Source: Scyliorhinus canicula (Eukaryota). From it: a stretch of DNA of 64,000 bases. Positions 13,064 to 24,952 of the stretch are shown piece after piece (position 1 is the stretch's first letter; the number at the start of each line of letters is the position of its first letter). The notes under the pieces were generated by a model that worked only from the letters and a program-made list of their open reading frames with translations, searched no databases and was not told where the DNA came from. The translations under genes and the position numbers were made by a program. The stretch covers positions 19,162,522 to 19,226,521 of the forward strand of contig NC_052165.1 of NCBI RefSeq assembly GCF_902713615.1, given 5' to 3'.

Positions 13064-14590
13064 ATGCCTGTCATGGAACTCTACCCAGTAATGTAGAAAA
13101 TTGCCCAGGTGTGACCTGTATACAAGGAATAGGAGACATCCAACCCAGTCAATTACCGCCCTATCAGTCTACTCTCCATTATCAGCAAAGTGATGGATGG
13201 AGTCATCAACAGTGGTGTCAAGCAGCACTTACTCAGCAATAACCTGCTCACGGACGCTCAGTTTGGTTCTGCCAGAGCCACTCAACCCCTGACCTCATTA
13301 CAGCCTTGGTTCAAACATGGACAAAAGAGCTGAATGCCAGAAGTGAAGTGAAAGGACTGCCCTTGACATCATGGCAGCATTTGACTGAGTATGGCATCAA
13401 GGGAGCCCTTGCTAAACTGGAGTCCATGGGAATCGGGGAAAACTCTCTGCTGGTTAGAATCATACCCGGCACAAAGTAAGATGGTTGTGGTGGTTGGAGG
13501 TCAATCATCTCAGCTCCACGACATCACCGCAAGAGTTCCTCAGTGTGGTGTCCTAGGCCCAACCATCTTCAGCTGCTTCATCAATGGCCTTCCATCATAA
13601 GGTCAGAAGTGGGGATGTTGCGGATGACTGCACAGTGTTCAGCACCATCCGTGACTCTTCAGATAATGAAGCAGTCCGTGCCCAAATGTAGCAAGAGGTG
13701 GACAATATCCAGGCTTGGGCTGACCAGTGGCAGGTTACATTCGGGCTCCACAAGTGCCAGGCATCTCCCATCGTCCTTTGACATTCAATGGCATTATCAT
13801 CGCTGAATTCCCCACAATCAGCATCCAGGGGTTACCATTGATCAGAAACTGAACTGGACTCGCCATATTAATACTGTAGCTACCAGGGCAGGTCAAAGGC
13901 TAGGAATTCTAGGGCGAGTAACTCAATTTCTGACTCCCCCCTCCCCCAAGCCTGTCAACCATCTACAAGGCACAAAACAGGAGTGTAATCGAATACGCTC
14001 CACTTCTCTGGATGAGTGCAGCTCCAACAACATTCAAGAAGCTCGACACCGTACCAGCCTCCCCGGACAGGCGCCGGAATGTGGCGACTAGGGGCTTTTC
14101 ACAGTAACTTCATTGAAGCCTACTCGTGACAATAAGCGATTTTCATTTCATTTCATCCAGGACAAAGCAGCCCACTTGATTACTCCCCTTTCCACAAACA
14201 TTGAAACCCTCCTCCCAGCGACGAACAATGGCAGCCATGCGTACCATCTAGAAGGTGCACTGCAGTTACTCCCCAAGGCTCCCGAGACAGCACCTTCCAA
14301 TCTCACGACCACTTTCGCCTGGAAGGGAAAGAGCAGCAGATACCTGCGAACACCACCACCTGGAGGTTCCCTTCCAAGTCACTCACTATCCTGACTTGGA
14401 AATATATCGCCATTCCTGAATTGTCGCTGGGGCAAAATCCTGGAGTTCCATTTCTAACAGCACATTGGGTGTACCTACACCTCAGGGACTGCAGCAGTTC
14501 AAGAAGGCAACTCACTACCACCTTCTAAAGGGCAACTAGAGATGAGCAATAAATGCTGGCCTAACCAGCGACGCCCTCATCCCGTATATT
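13064..14590 (+). mobile_element. CR1-clade LINE type B, 3' 1.5 kb (RT remnant and 3'UTR)
   Basis: GKTLCWLESY, VVVVGGQSS, VPQ..VLGPTIFSCFIN. Tail gcaataaatgctggcctaaccagcgacgcc. Other copies at ~72-540(-), 10554-11115(-), 17283-17790(+), 49900-50110(+). Confidence 0.85.
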
Positions 14591-14751
14591 AATTAAAAAA
14601 ATTTTTTAAACCCCCAAAAGGAACAGGATTTCTACATTACCATGCTCCAGGCAGACTTGGTGTGGATTTATGGTCAGAAGTACATCTCCTGGTTAAATTT
14701 GGTGCCACAGTTGTGAACAGTCTGATTGATCCTCAGAAAGTTGCCAGGGAG

Positions 14752-14819
14752 AGGGATGGAGTCCGTTGCTAAGGGATGAAGTCCGTTGCTAAGGGATGGA
14801 GTCCATTGCTAAGGGATGG
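14752..14819. repeat. 20-bp tandem repeat, ~3.4 copies
   Basis: Unit agggatggagtccgttgcta. Confidence 0.9.
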
Positions 14820-15990
14820 CCCATGCTTGGCCGACGCCGGAATTGGGAAACACAATTGGGCAGAGAATTCGGTGTCAGCCGAAACTCGAGGTTTACGCCG
14901 AGCGGCAAATGCAAGGCCATGCTCCGGTGCCTCGATAATGGAGTGAATGCGTTCTCTACCGTACACCGGCCAGGGCATGCAGATTGTACAGTAAAATTTG
15001 TTGGCATATCATTAATGGGCCCGATCCAGCATTTTCCGAGCCTTCTGCAATGCTCCACCTCTGGCAGGATTACCTCTGGCATTACCAACGGTAAGTTTTC
15101 ACTCGTGGTATATCATAGATTATATCATAGAATTTACAGTGCAGAAGGAGGCCATTCGGCCCATCGAGTCTGCACCGGCTCTTGGAAAGAGCGCCCTACC
15201 CAAGGTCAACACCTCCACCCTATCCCCATAACCCAGTAACCCACCCAACACTAAGGGCAATTTAGCATGGCCAATACACCTAACCTGCACATCTTTGGAC
15301 TGTGGGAGGAAAACAGAGCACCCGGAGGAAACCCACGCACACACGGGGAGTATGTGCAGACTACGCACAGACAGTGACCCAAGCGGAATCGAACCTAGGA
15401 CCCTGGAGCTGTGAAGCAATTGTGCTATCCACAATGCTACCGTGATGTTGGAAAACCGGTGCCGTGGCTGCTGAGGGTGTGGGAGGGGGTACAAACAGTG
15501 TCCAACATCGCTATACTGGGCTGACAGTTGTGCCGCTGGCCAGGGGGATGGGGCAGGTGTCAGTCTTGACCGGAGGGGAGTGGCGGGGGGGGCGGCTAGG
15601 AGGTAGATCATGGGGTCAGGGTGGTGGGGCACGGACTGCCATTGCCGCAGCCTGCAAGGCGGCCATGCCACTGTGCATGCCACTGGTTGCCCACTGGGAA
15701 CTTAAAGTTACAGGTCGTATAAGTGCCCGCCCCAGGCCACCCCACTGGGTACCCTCTGACCTCAGCTGACCCGTCGACAGGATGGGTGTGCTCAAGCGCA
15801 ACCAGTGCCATCTTCTTGGCTGGGGTGAGCGTTGGCATCCATTACAATTGTGCGAATTCTACATGGTGCCTGTGTCAGCCCATTAACGGGACCTGAATCG
15901 ATCCAGGACTGGCACTGCTTTCGTCCACGTAGCACACTCGCAATTCACTCCCGGCATCAGCACATAGTCTCTCAGGCGGAAAATTCGCCC
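14820..15990. mobile_element. Older Harbinger-type non-autonomous element interrupted by a SINE
   Basis: Ends ggaaaattcgccc at 15990. GC-rich interior similar to the other MITEs. Confidence 0.5.
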
Positions 15991-16284
15991 CATGTCTTTT
16001 GTCAATATTTTGTTGGCAAAACATTCTGTTTATCCTGTTCGGGATGTTGGACAAGCAGTCAGATTGTTTCGGGAAGTGTGGGTATTGAGGGAAGTGACGA
16101 TGGGGTAGAATTGGATGTCAACAGCATACATGAGACAGGTGACATCACTGAGGGACCGCATGTAGACAGGAAATAGAAAGGCATTGATGCTAGATCCTTG
16201 GGAGACAGTGAAAGTAATGGAGTGGAAGCAGGAATAAAAGATTGATTCAAGAATAGAATTCTGACTTTCAAAGACTTTGGAGGG

Positions 16285-16970
16285 TGTAAGGGTCTTTCCT
16301 GTTTATTTCCTTTGTTCCCATTTTATTTTGATTATATTTGGTCCGTGGAACCATAATCGGAATGTGCCTTTAAGCAGTCAGGTGCTTGCTAGTACAGTGT
16401 GTTCCTAGGTTTTGTATTTTGGGGAAGAGCAACCAGACTCGTCAGCGCCGAGTGAATCGTAGGGACTGGTTTTGGAGGAATTGGCTACCTGGCAGCCTGT
16501 GGGTTGCCTAGGGACCGTGTTCTGTCTGGCAACAGTCAGCGATTGGTTCCTGTGTGATGCTTTCAGAGGGAGAGCCTGGCGGAAGAGAAGGAATGCTCTC
16601 TTGGTCTTGCCGAACAATTTCTTTATTGTTATTAAACCAGGGAGTGCCTGGCACATCTTTGCTGTCCACTTAAAAGGATCCTGAAGCTACAGAAACAATA
16701 GACAACCTTGCCAGAGAAAACCATCAGAAGCCTGAGCCTCGGAGGAAGAGGAGCTGTGTTTTCTCCCTCTCTCTGCTACCAGTTGCCTGCTGTCTCTGTG
16801 GGTCTGCAGTGAAGGTTATTACAAGATGAAGGAAAGGAAAGTACCCAACGAAAAGCCTAACCTTGAGAAAGAAACTAACTGGAAGACATCCACCTGAATC
16901 AAAGATCCTTGTTCTTTTATTTTATTATATTTTCCTTACCCTTTTCCCTCTGTGTTGTTTGTTTGTGTCA
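16285..16970 (+). mobile_element. Probable LTR fragment
   Basis: Begins tgtaag. Shares cccttt.ccctctgtgtt with 62060-62090. Confidence 0.35.
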
Positions 16971-17837
16971 ACCATTTATACTTTCATCAATATTGATGAA
17001 TAAGGACAATCTCTCGAGTAAGTGACCTATTTCCAATGCAAGTCAAAATATTGCAATAGTCTTGAATGTGTGTCTCCAATTGATAGTGGTACAATTGTAA
17101 ATTTAGTTTTCATTGGAACCATGTGTATTAGATCTCCTGTACATGGGCCATAACTGGTTTACCCACATCATTTCCTAATCTCTGAGAATGTCTAAAGCAA
17201 ATTCCAACATGGTTACAAATGTGATTTGTTGCATCTCCATTGCTTTAAAGTCAGATGTTCTGTGTTGCTGCACAGGATGCCCCCATTTACAAGGCACAAG
17301 TTAGGAATGTGATGAAATGCTCTCCACTTGCCTGGATAAGACCACTCAAGAAACTTGATACCACCCAGAAACAAGTGGCCCACTTGATTGGTACCCCATC
17401 CACCAACACCTTACTCCCTCCAGCATCGCACACAGTGGCAGCCGTGTGTACCATCTGCAAGATGCACTGCAGCAACTCACCAAGGCTCCAAATCCACAAT
17501 CTCTACCACCTAGAGGTGGTAGAAAGGCGAAAGGCAGCAGATGCATGGGAGCACCACCACCTCCGAGTTCTTCTCCAAGCCACACACCATCTTGACTTGG
17601 AAATATATCCCTGTCTTTTCATGGTTGCTGGGTTAAAATGCTGGATCTCCCTTCCTAACAGCACTGTGGGTGTACCTGTGCCACATGGAATGCAGCGATT
17701 GAAAAAGGTGTCTTACCATCACCTTCTCAGTGGCGATTGGGAATGGCTGAGCCAGTAACAACCACACCCGGTGAAAATATAAAAAACTGACTTTGCACAC
17801 TACTCTCCCTATTTTAACACCTTTGTTTCCTTTTAAG

Positions 17838-17919
17838 GTTACCTTTGCCTCCAGGTGCGTTCGCTACACTTTGGGAAAATGAAAAATTGTTCAAGGAGCT
17901 TTACTTCACTAAATATCCA
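17838..17919 (+). CDS. ACSS3: ACSS3 coding exon: (K)LPLPPGAFATLWENEKLFKELYFTKYP
   Basis: Acceptor ccttttaag, donor gtaagt. LPLPPG..LW.N...F...YF..P is typical of ACSS3/PrpE. Confidence 0.94.
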
Positions 17920-19744
17920 GTAAGTGTGATACTCCAAAAAGAAAAGGTCCCTTTTACTGTGAATGTAAGATGAGAAAACCGTTTAGCATTTGAGGATTTT
18001 TGGTGAATTATTATACTCCAAGTAAGGGCTGGCACCCCGGGTGTTTGGAATATTTTCTAATTTTAGCATCCAGAAGGAAATTTTAACATATCACCAGCTG
18101 GCAGAAACTATGTGGGCAATGAGGTAAAATACTCTGTGCAGCTTTCCCTCTGATCCTATTGTCTTAATCCCGCTATTAATAGGCAGGTTATAATGACAGC
18201 CACAGGATGGTAATAGTGTTCTCATTTAAATAGGCAAGTGGGACTTTAGTTAAGTCATTGAAATCTGCCTGCAGCCTGGATCAGATAGCAGAAATGCTGC
18301 TCCAGGCACCAAGACATAATCTTGGGCCTCTGCTGGTTGGGCTTTTTACAACCACCTAATCGCAATGCCGTTCCATCAGTATCAGGATATAAATATATAT
18401 AGTTGTGATAATAGCTGATCTCTGTCCTGGGTCACAAGCTTCTAACCTCTGCCTCTGAAAGTGGGCGGTGTAATGTTTTAGACCATAGTTGTGAAGTCTC
18501 TTTGTTCATAAACAACATGGCCGGAATTTCCACTGAGTCAGGTTGACTCATGAACCCTTTACCTCGGGAGCCCTTTAAAAATGGTGGGCAATCCCTGCTT
18601 CGGGGATTGTACGATTTCTTGAACCAATGAACACTATAGTACGTAGCCTAATGTGTGGGGAGGGGAGAATCTTTTAAAAAGTGAAATTCATTGAAAACTT
18701 TCTCCAACGTTTAATAAAAGCCTGAATTCCAAGCTAATAAAGGTGGCAATTATCCAGGCCCTTTAAAGCCTCAAAAAACATAAACCACAATCCCTTGAAA
18801 GCACGTAACTGTGTAAGCATACATTGTGGAATTGACAAGAGAGATCAGAGAGACTGTCAATAGAAAAACGATTCCTCTGGGGAGCAGGTGTTATAGTACT
18901 CTAATATTGAGGAGTGAGGGATGGAGGACTCTTGTTCTTATTTTAACATCCCCATGCCATTGAAGAAATGCCTTTTAAATAGCTCTCCTCTGCTCCTCTG
19001 TACTGCGCCTCTTCCTGGGTCGGCTGGCTCAACTCCAGCCCACACCAATCCCTCAACAGTGATGGCTCCACCTTTGTGAGCACTTTCTCCACAAGCAGTA
19101 ATTTTCCCAATTCCCCCTAACTACCTCAAGGATGTAAATCCAGGCCAATATCTCAACAATTAATGGATGGAATTCAACAAAACTTGATAAACAGATAGGG
19201 TATGACCCCTAAGGCAGAGCTTATTAGCTTTAGGTAAAGCTGTGGATCCAGAACCAGATCCTGGTACTTTTTTAATGGATCTGTTAACATTGGGAGATAG
19301 GACGAACTGAGGTTTTTTTTTAGAATGTTGTGGGTTGTTTTATTTAGAATGTTGGGAATTCTCCCAGCTATCAAAATGTGAGCAGAGTTTTCTGAGCAGG
19401 TTATTGTGTGTGCATTGACCTGGAGCCTCCTTGGTAAGATGGAAGCCTTTAATAAAATGACTTCTTTTTCAGCTTTGTTGTTAGAGTACCAGGCAGGAAG
19501 AACCCTCAAGCAAGAGCTTCATAATTGAGATATTATTGGGTCAACACGGTGTGATGGAGGTATCCGGTGTACTGAATGCCCTCTTCACCTGTATTTTACT
19601 GTATTTATCAGAGAAGTTGAGGTGATACTAAACAATCACATTGGGCATGATTCGGAAATTGTACTCCGCAATAAACGGAAAATTTGAATGGTTAAAGTAA
19701 ACCTGTCTCCATGATTTTAAATGTTTTCCTATATCTCTATCAAG

Positions 19745-19867
19745 GGTTATTACGATACCATGGATGCTGGCTATGTCGATGATGATGGATATTTGTATGT
19801 CATGTCACGGGTGGATGATGTAATCAATGTGGCAGGTCATAGGATTTCAGCTGGTGCTATTGAAGAG
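19745..19867 (+). CDS. ACSS3: ACSS3 coding exon: GYYDTMDAGYVDDDGYLYVMSRVDDVINVAGHRISAGAIEE
   Basis: ag/gt boundaries, 123 nt in frame. Contains conserved AMP-binding-enzyme motifs. Confidence 0.96.
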
Positions 19868-21140
19868 GTAATATTTTAATAACGTCTTATCGCCATTTCG
19901 TTTTCTTTTTCTCTTCACAAAATTGTTCCTCCGGCAGGTCGGTCTCGGGTGACCTGGGGAAGTGTTCTTCCAACTTTCTGACATCCTGCTGAGGTTCCCC
20001 ACCCCCTGTCATTCGAATGGGATGGTGAAAATATTGAACTCCCTCCCACAAAACAACTGTTAAAGCTGGGGATTAACAGCAAATTTTCAAACTGAAACTG
20101 GTGTTTTGTAAGCCTTTTGAGGAATATAAAACAAAAGTGAGTAAATGGAGTTAAAACACAGACCAGTCATGATCTCATTAAATGGCAGAGCAGCCATGAG
20201 GAAGAATGTTTATTCCTGTTCCTACATTCCAATCTTCCTTATCCTGGACTGAACAGGTTTTCAAATTCTTTCCCAGTCTGTACATGTTACCTGTTAAGTT
20301 AATTCCTCCATTCCCTCTTTACTGGGAGAAACTAAATCTGGAGGGAACGGAACAGAAAGGAGGTGTCTTCCTTTTGCTGACACCATTGTTCTCTCACTAG
20401 GGCAATCTCTGATCCTGAACTGGAATTCCACATACAACTCAGCTCCCAATAAATGCTGAGAATAATTGAAATATCCGATTCAAGCTGAAATTCCCAGTGC
20501 TCGAGGATAACCCCACTGCTCGTGTTCAGCATTGCACTATGGGATCAATTACGACAGAATGAGAGGGTGGACTTGTGACTGGATTCAAACCTAAAATCCT
20601 GTCAGCAATGACCTTTCAAATAAAGCTATTGGCTGTATGAAAACACAGCAGTTGGAATTCCTGCGTGACCATGAGGAAAGCTAGGAAGGTATTTCCAAAA
20701 CAAAATCCTTCAACTAAAACTTTACCTTCAATTCTCTTGAGGCCTAAGCAGGAGGGCAGTGTGATCCCATGACAGGAAACAAGAAGGGCCCATAAATCTG
20801 GTGCTGAGGCCCGACACACAAACGCCGCGACCCTTAACTCCGCAACCCTTCTGACGCCTGCCCGTGACCTACCTGCGGGTCGCGACTCTCACTCTGGAAA
20901 CCCTCGGTGCTGTTTGTGATAGCATCATATAGTTATGCTGCCCTATTGTGAATAGGCGGCCTGTCTTGATACAGTATCTTTCCTCTGGAGGGCACTGCTC
21001 TTGATGAATTTTAACAGTACTTTGTCACCAATTCCTTATTTTTTTTAATTAATCGAATGTAAGACTGCTATTAAAATGTTTGAGATGAGTTAATAAAAAA
21101 GTGAATAATTTACTGAATATGTTTGCTGACGTTCTTTCAG

Positions 21141-21240
21141 GCTATCATTACCCATCCAACTGTAGCAGACTGTGCCGTTGTGGCCCTCCAGGATTCCTTG
21201 AAGGGGCAGGTTCCGCTGGCTTTATGTGTTTTGAGGACTG
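21141..21240 (+). CDS. ACSS3: ACSS3 coding exon: AIITHPTVADCAVVALQDSLKGQVPLALCVLRT
   Basis: Acceptor ctttcag, donor gtgagg. Start of the AMP-binding C-terminal domain. Confidence 0.95.
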
Positions 21241-21338
21241 GTGAGGTCATTAATTTTTCCCATTAAATAGTGTTATGCATTGCCACTTCACATGTAAATA
21301 AATAGCTTCGTCAACTTTTATGAAAAATATGCAACCAG

Positions 21339-21514
21339 GTGTGACCGAGGAATTGGGAGACGTCGCAGAAAAGATTGTTAAAATTGTTCGCGACTCCATT
21401 GGACCAGTTGCTGCGTTTCGGAAAGTAGTTTTTGTGCCGGTGTTACCAAAGACTCGGTCTGGCAAAATACCTCGTTCTACACTTTCAGCTGTTGCAAATG
21501 GGAAACCCTACTCA
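21339..21514 (+). CDS. ACSS3: ACSS3 coding exon: (G)VTEELGDVAEKIVKIVRDSIGPVAAFRKVVFVPVLPKTRSGKIPRSTLSAVANGKPYS
   Basis: LPKTRSGK catalytic-lysine motif, donor gtaagt. Acceptor caaccag is weak (see findings). Confidence 0.93.
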
Positions 21515-24500
21515 GTAAGTTGGTGTTTTTACTTTATTTTATGGAGCAATGCATTTGATTTTTGAAAGTTGTCCTTTTGTTAATGACACCTTTGGTTTGA
21601 AATCAATGTGATCTCTATTTTTTTCAAATAAATTTAGAATACCCAATTGTTGTTTTTCCAATTAAGGGGCAATTTAGCATGTCCAATCCACCTACCCTGC
21701 ACATCTTTGAGTTGTGGGGGTTAAACCCACGCAAACAAGGGGAGAATGTACTAATTCCACACGCACGGTGACTCAGAGCTGGGATTCGAACCCGGGTCCT
21801 CAGCATTACAGACCCAGTGCTAACCACTGCGCCACCGTGCTGCCATGCGATGTCTTTATTTGACATATCTTCTTGCATGGGTTTATACAGGGGTATGATC
21901 CCCCATGGAGACTGATTCAAAAAAATGTAAACTTCCAGTTAATTTCTGAAAAGAACGACAGGACATGATTTCACGGTTTAAGATTTTTACTGTAATAAAT
22001 GGCCAGAAACACTATTAATTAAATACTATTTTTGCAGACAACTTGTAGTTTAACTTACGGAAAGGAACATTTTCTTTTATTTCTTTTTTAAATCCCATTC
22101 TTTAAGTTACAAAGCCAGTTCGCAGAGTGGACTGGACAAGCCCTTAATCCAGCTCATTGCTTGCTCCAGAAAACAATTCAAATTGAATCGAAATCATGGT
22201 CTCCACAAGAGAGACATACAAGATCCAAGCTGATGAGAAAAGGCATTATGCCTCATCTTGGTGTTGATCTGATGTTAGATCTTAGCCAAAAGGCTGAGAA
22301 GTGATAAAAAGTTTGCTTTTATACTTACCACACATCATACTCGCTACAGAATTACAGTCCTTATAGCAAACAGTTGTTCCAGCTTCCAACGCGGCTCCAT
22401 TTTCCCATTTCATTAAGCAGTAACTTTGTGGGATCATATCCAGGCGCTTCTCTCAGTTTTCCAAATCCGGTAAAGCCCGCTCCGATGAATCTGCTTATGC
22501 CCTGGCTATGCCGGGGGGAAGCTCCTGGGTTACGCAGATGGCTGAAAAATGGGCTTCAGTAGCTTGCAAAGAACCTGCAGCTCTTTTGTTTTTTCACCAT
22601 TTTCCTTTTCTCTTATATCCAAAGTTTGGAGTGGTATGTCTATTTATTGTCGGCCTTTTGTTCCCAGGTGTGACAGCTTCACCTTTCTCAGCGAGTCTCC
22701 TGACGTAGCCAAACTTGAAGTCAGGCCAGAGTTGAACTAGTAAGGGGCAGCACAGTGGCGCACTGCAGTCTCATGGCGCCGAGGTTCCAGGTTCGATCCC
22801 AGCTCTGGGTCACTGTCCGTGTGGAGTTTGCACATTCTCCCCGTATTCGCTTGTGTTTCACCCCCGACAACCCAGATGTGCAGGCTCGGTGGATTGGCTG
22901 GGCTAAATTGCCCTTTAAGTGGAATAAATGAATTGGGTACTCTAAATTTATAAAAGCAAAAAGAGTAGGAGTAGTCATATAACGGCCTTCACTTTAACTA
23001 AATTTAATGGCACAGTCCAATGAATTCATAATCATGGCAGTCTTCCACCTCCAGAGGACATTAGTGAACCAGATGGGTTTTAATGCCAATTGTTTCACGT
23101 TCATCATTGGACTTTATTTTTATTGGAAATCAAATTTCACCATCTGTCGTGGTGGGATCGAAACCTGGTTCCTGAGAGAATTACCCTGGGTCTCTGGATT
23201 ATTAGCTCAGTGACACCCCCACTATGCCACAGGCATATTGTTCGGCACATTCCAGTTCCTGTAACAACTAATTTGATGGGCTAAAAGTAAAACAAAACAA
23301 GTCAAAATTGAAGAAATATTTAGTATATGAAACATGGGAACAGTGGTTTGGAATGCCAAGAAACTAAAGGTACTTAAGAAAATCTTGAATGAGCGCTTAG
23401 GCGAACAAACCAGTAGAAAGCAAAGAATCAATGTCAAACAGTTCAAAATACGCACTGATAACAGCATCAAATGTAAAGTATTTCTCTAAACATAAATGAG
23501 TATATGCTTCGTATTTAGTTGGCCCATCTCCTCCAGTATTCTCTTTAGCTTCCAGCAGTATCTGTTTTTTTGTTTACAAAATGGTTGGAAGAGTGTCAGA
23601 GGGCAAATTGCAAAGTCTAATTTGAGTAAAGTTTATACCGGGTTTTCACGGGAATTTTCACTGAGAGAACTGGGCCAAAATGGTATCTTTCTTCATCTTA
23701 ATTTGAGTCTTTCCGCCCAAAACAAAAAGTTTGGTTAATCAAACGAAACATAGCAATTCAAATTGGTGACAACTTATACTGAGAGAGGCGGAGAGAGAAA
23801 GAGTCAGTGACCGGTGACGGAACAAAGACGTGAAGGCCGATACAAGACCGAGAAGACACCAGCTTATCACAAAATAATGAATTGAATGTTCAATTGTTTT
23901 AATTTAGACACCCACAGACTATTTCTGCCAGATCCAGGACCTTGTGCACTCTGTTTGGCCCATGCCCTATCCCTTTCTTTCAATGTTACAGACCCCAGGA
24001 AACTACCAATGAGGGAAAGCCCAAATTCTCTACCAGTGTGTGAAAGTCCAGTTCCAACAAACTTCTGATTGCGCTTCCACAGTCCTTTCACATGCCACAT
24101 TTCCCCTCTCTCTGGTGCCACATCACAGGCCCATGCCAATGAGCTGGGGCATTAAAGGAAAACCATTCCCTTAATGTAAAATGCCATTTTGATTAGTCGT
24201 CTTTTATATTCTCACTTACGCTGGCTCTGCTTTGGCATCATGCACTACAACATCTGATGTTAAAGGTGCGAGATCCCAGGAAAGACTGCAGACTATTGGC
24301 TGTTTATACTTGAAAGCTAATTGAGAAAACCCTGGGATAATATTTACACCTATCGGATGCCACAATAGTCCTTCTCAATTGATAAATGAAGATGGGCTGA
24401 TTATTTAATGTCCTTGAATAACATTCCCAATCATAAATGAAAACTGAAAATTACTTTAAAGCACTGGATTCTCACATTTCTAAATGTTATGGTAATATCT

Positions 24501-24743
24501 CTTGTCAACTCTTTATTGGTGTGGTTAATACATCAAAAGGCTCTACCCAAGATTGTCAGATTACACCGGACTGATACACTTGAAGCATCATGGTCAATTG
24601 ATTTTGGCATTTCTTTCTATCCTTTCATGGGTTAGCAGAATACAATTATTTTTCAATGTTTGATCGAGAAAACTGTGTTAAAATTGTTCTGGTAAGTTTG
24701 CTGTACATTCTGTTTCTATCGCCATAGTTAACATTGTCCACCT

Positions 24744-24830
24744 TGAGTATTGCTGAGAAAAAGAGACATGCTATCAAAGCTTTTCACCTTGCACCCATCA
24801 GGACAGTTCACTTTTTTTCAGCAATGCTCA
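24744..24830 (-). mobile_element. Penelope-like mini-fragment: 20-nt inverted arms around a decayed minimal hammerhead
   Basis: Arms 18/20 complementary. Minus strand reads tgtc-CTGATGG-gtgcaaggt-GAAA-agcttt-gata. Confidence 0.55.
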
Positions 24831-24874
24831 GGTTCTTTTCTACCAGTTGACTACTTTTTTACCTTCTTCCGTAG

Positions 24875-24952
24875 ATAACATCAACCATTGAAGACCCTCG
24901 TGTATTCACAGAAATTGAAGCAATTCTGAAGCAGAAAATCTTCTTACCTTAA
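24875..24952 (+). CDS. ACSS3: ACSS3 last coding exon: ITSTIEDPRVFTEIEAILKQKIFLP*
   Basis: Acceptor ccttcttccgtag. ITSTIEDP matches the ACSS3 C-terminus. TAA at 24950-24952. Confidence 0.94.
   Translation: MTSTIEDPRVFTEIEAILKQKIFLP

Noticed and set aside
21320-21565. Stand-alone 81-aa ORF
   Set aside because: It is ACSS3 exon 21339-21514 read into the flanking introns.
22230-22260. CTGATGAG hammerhead-like word
   Set aside because: No stem II, GAAA and stem III geometry follows it.
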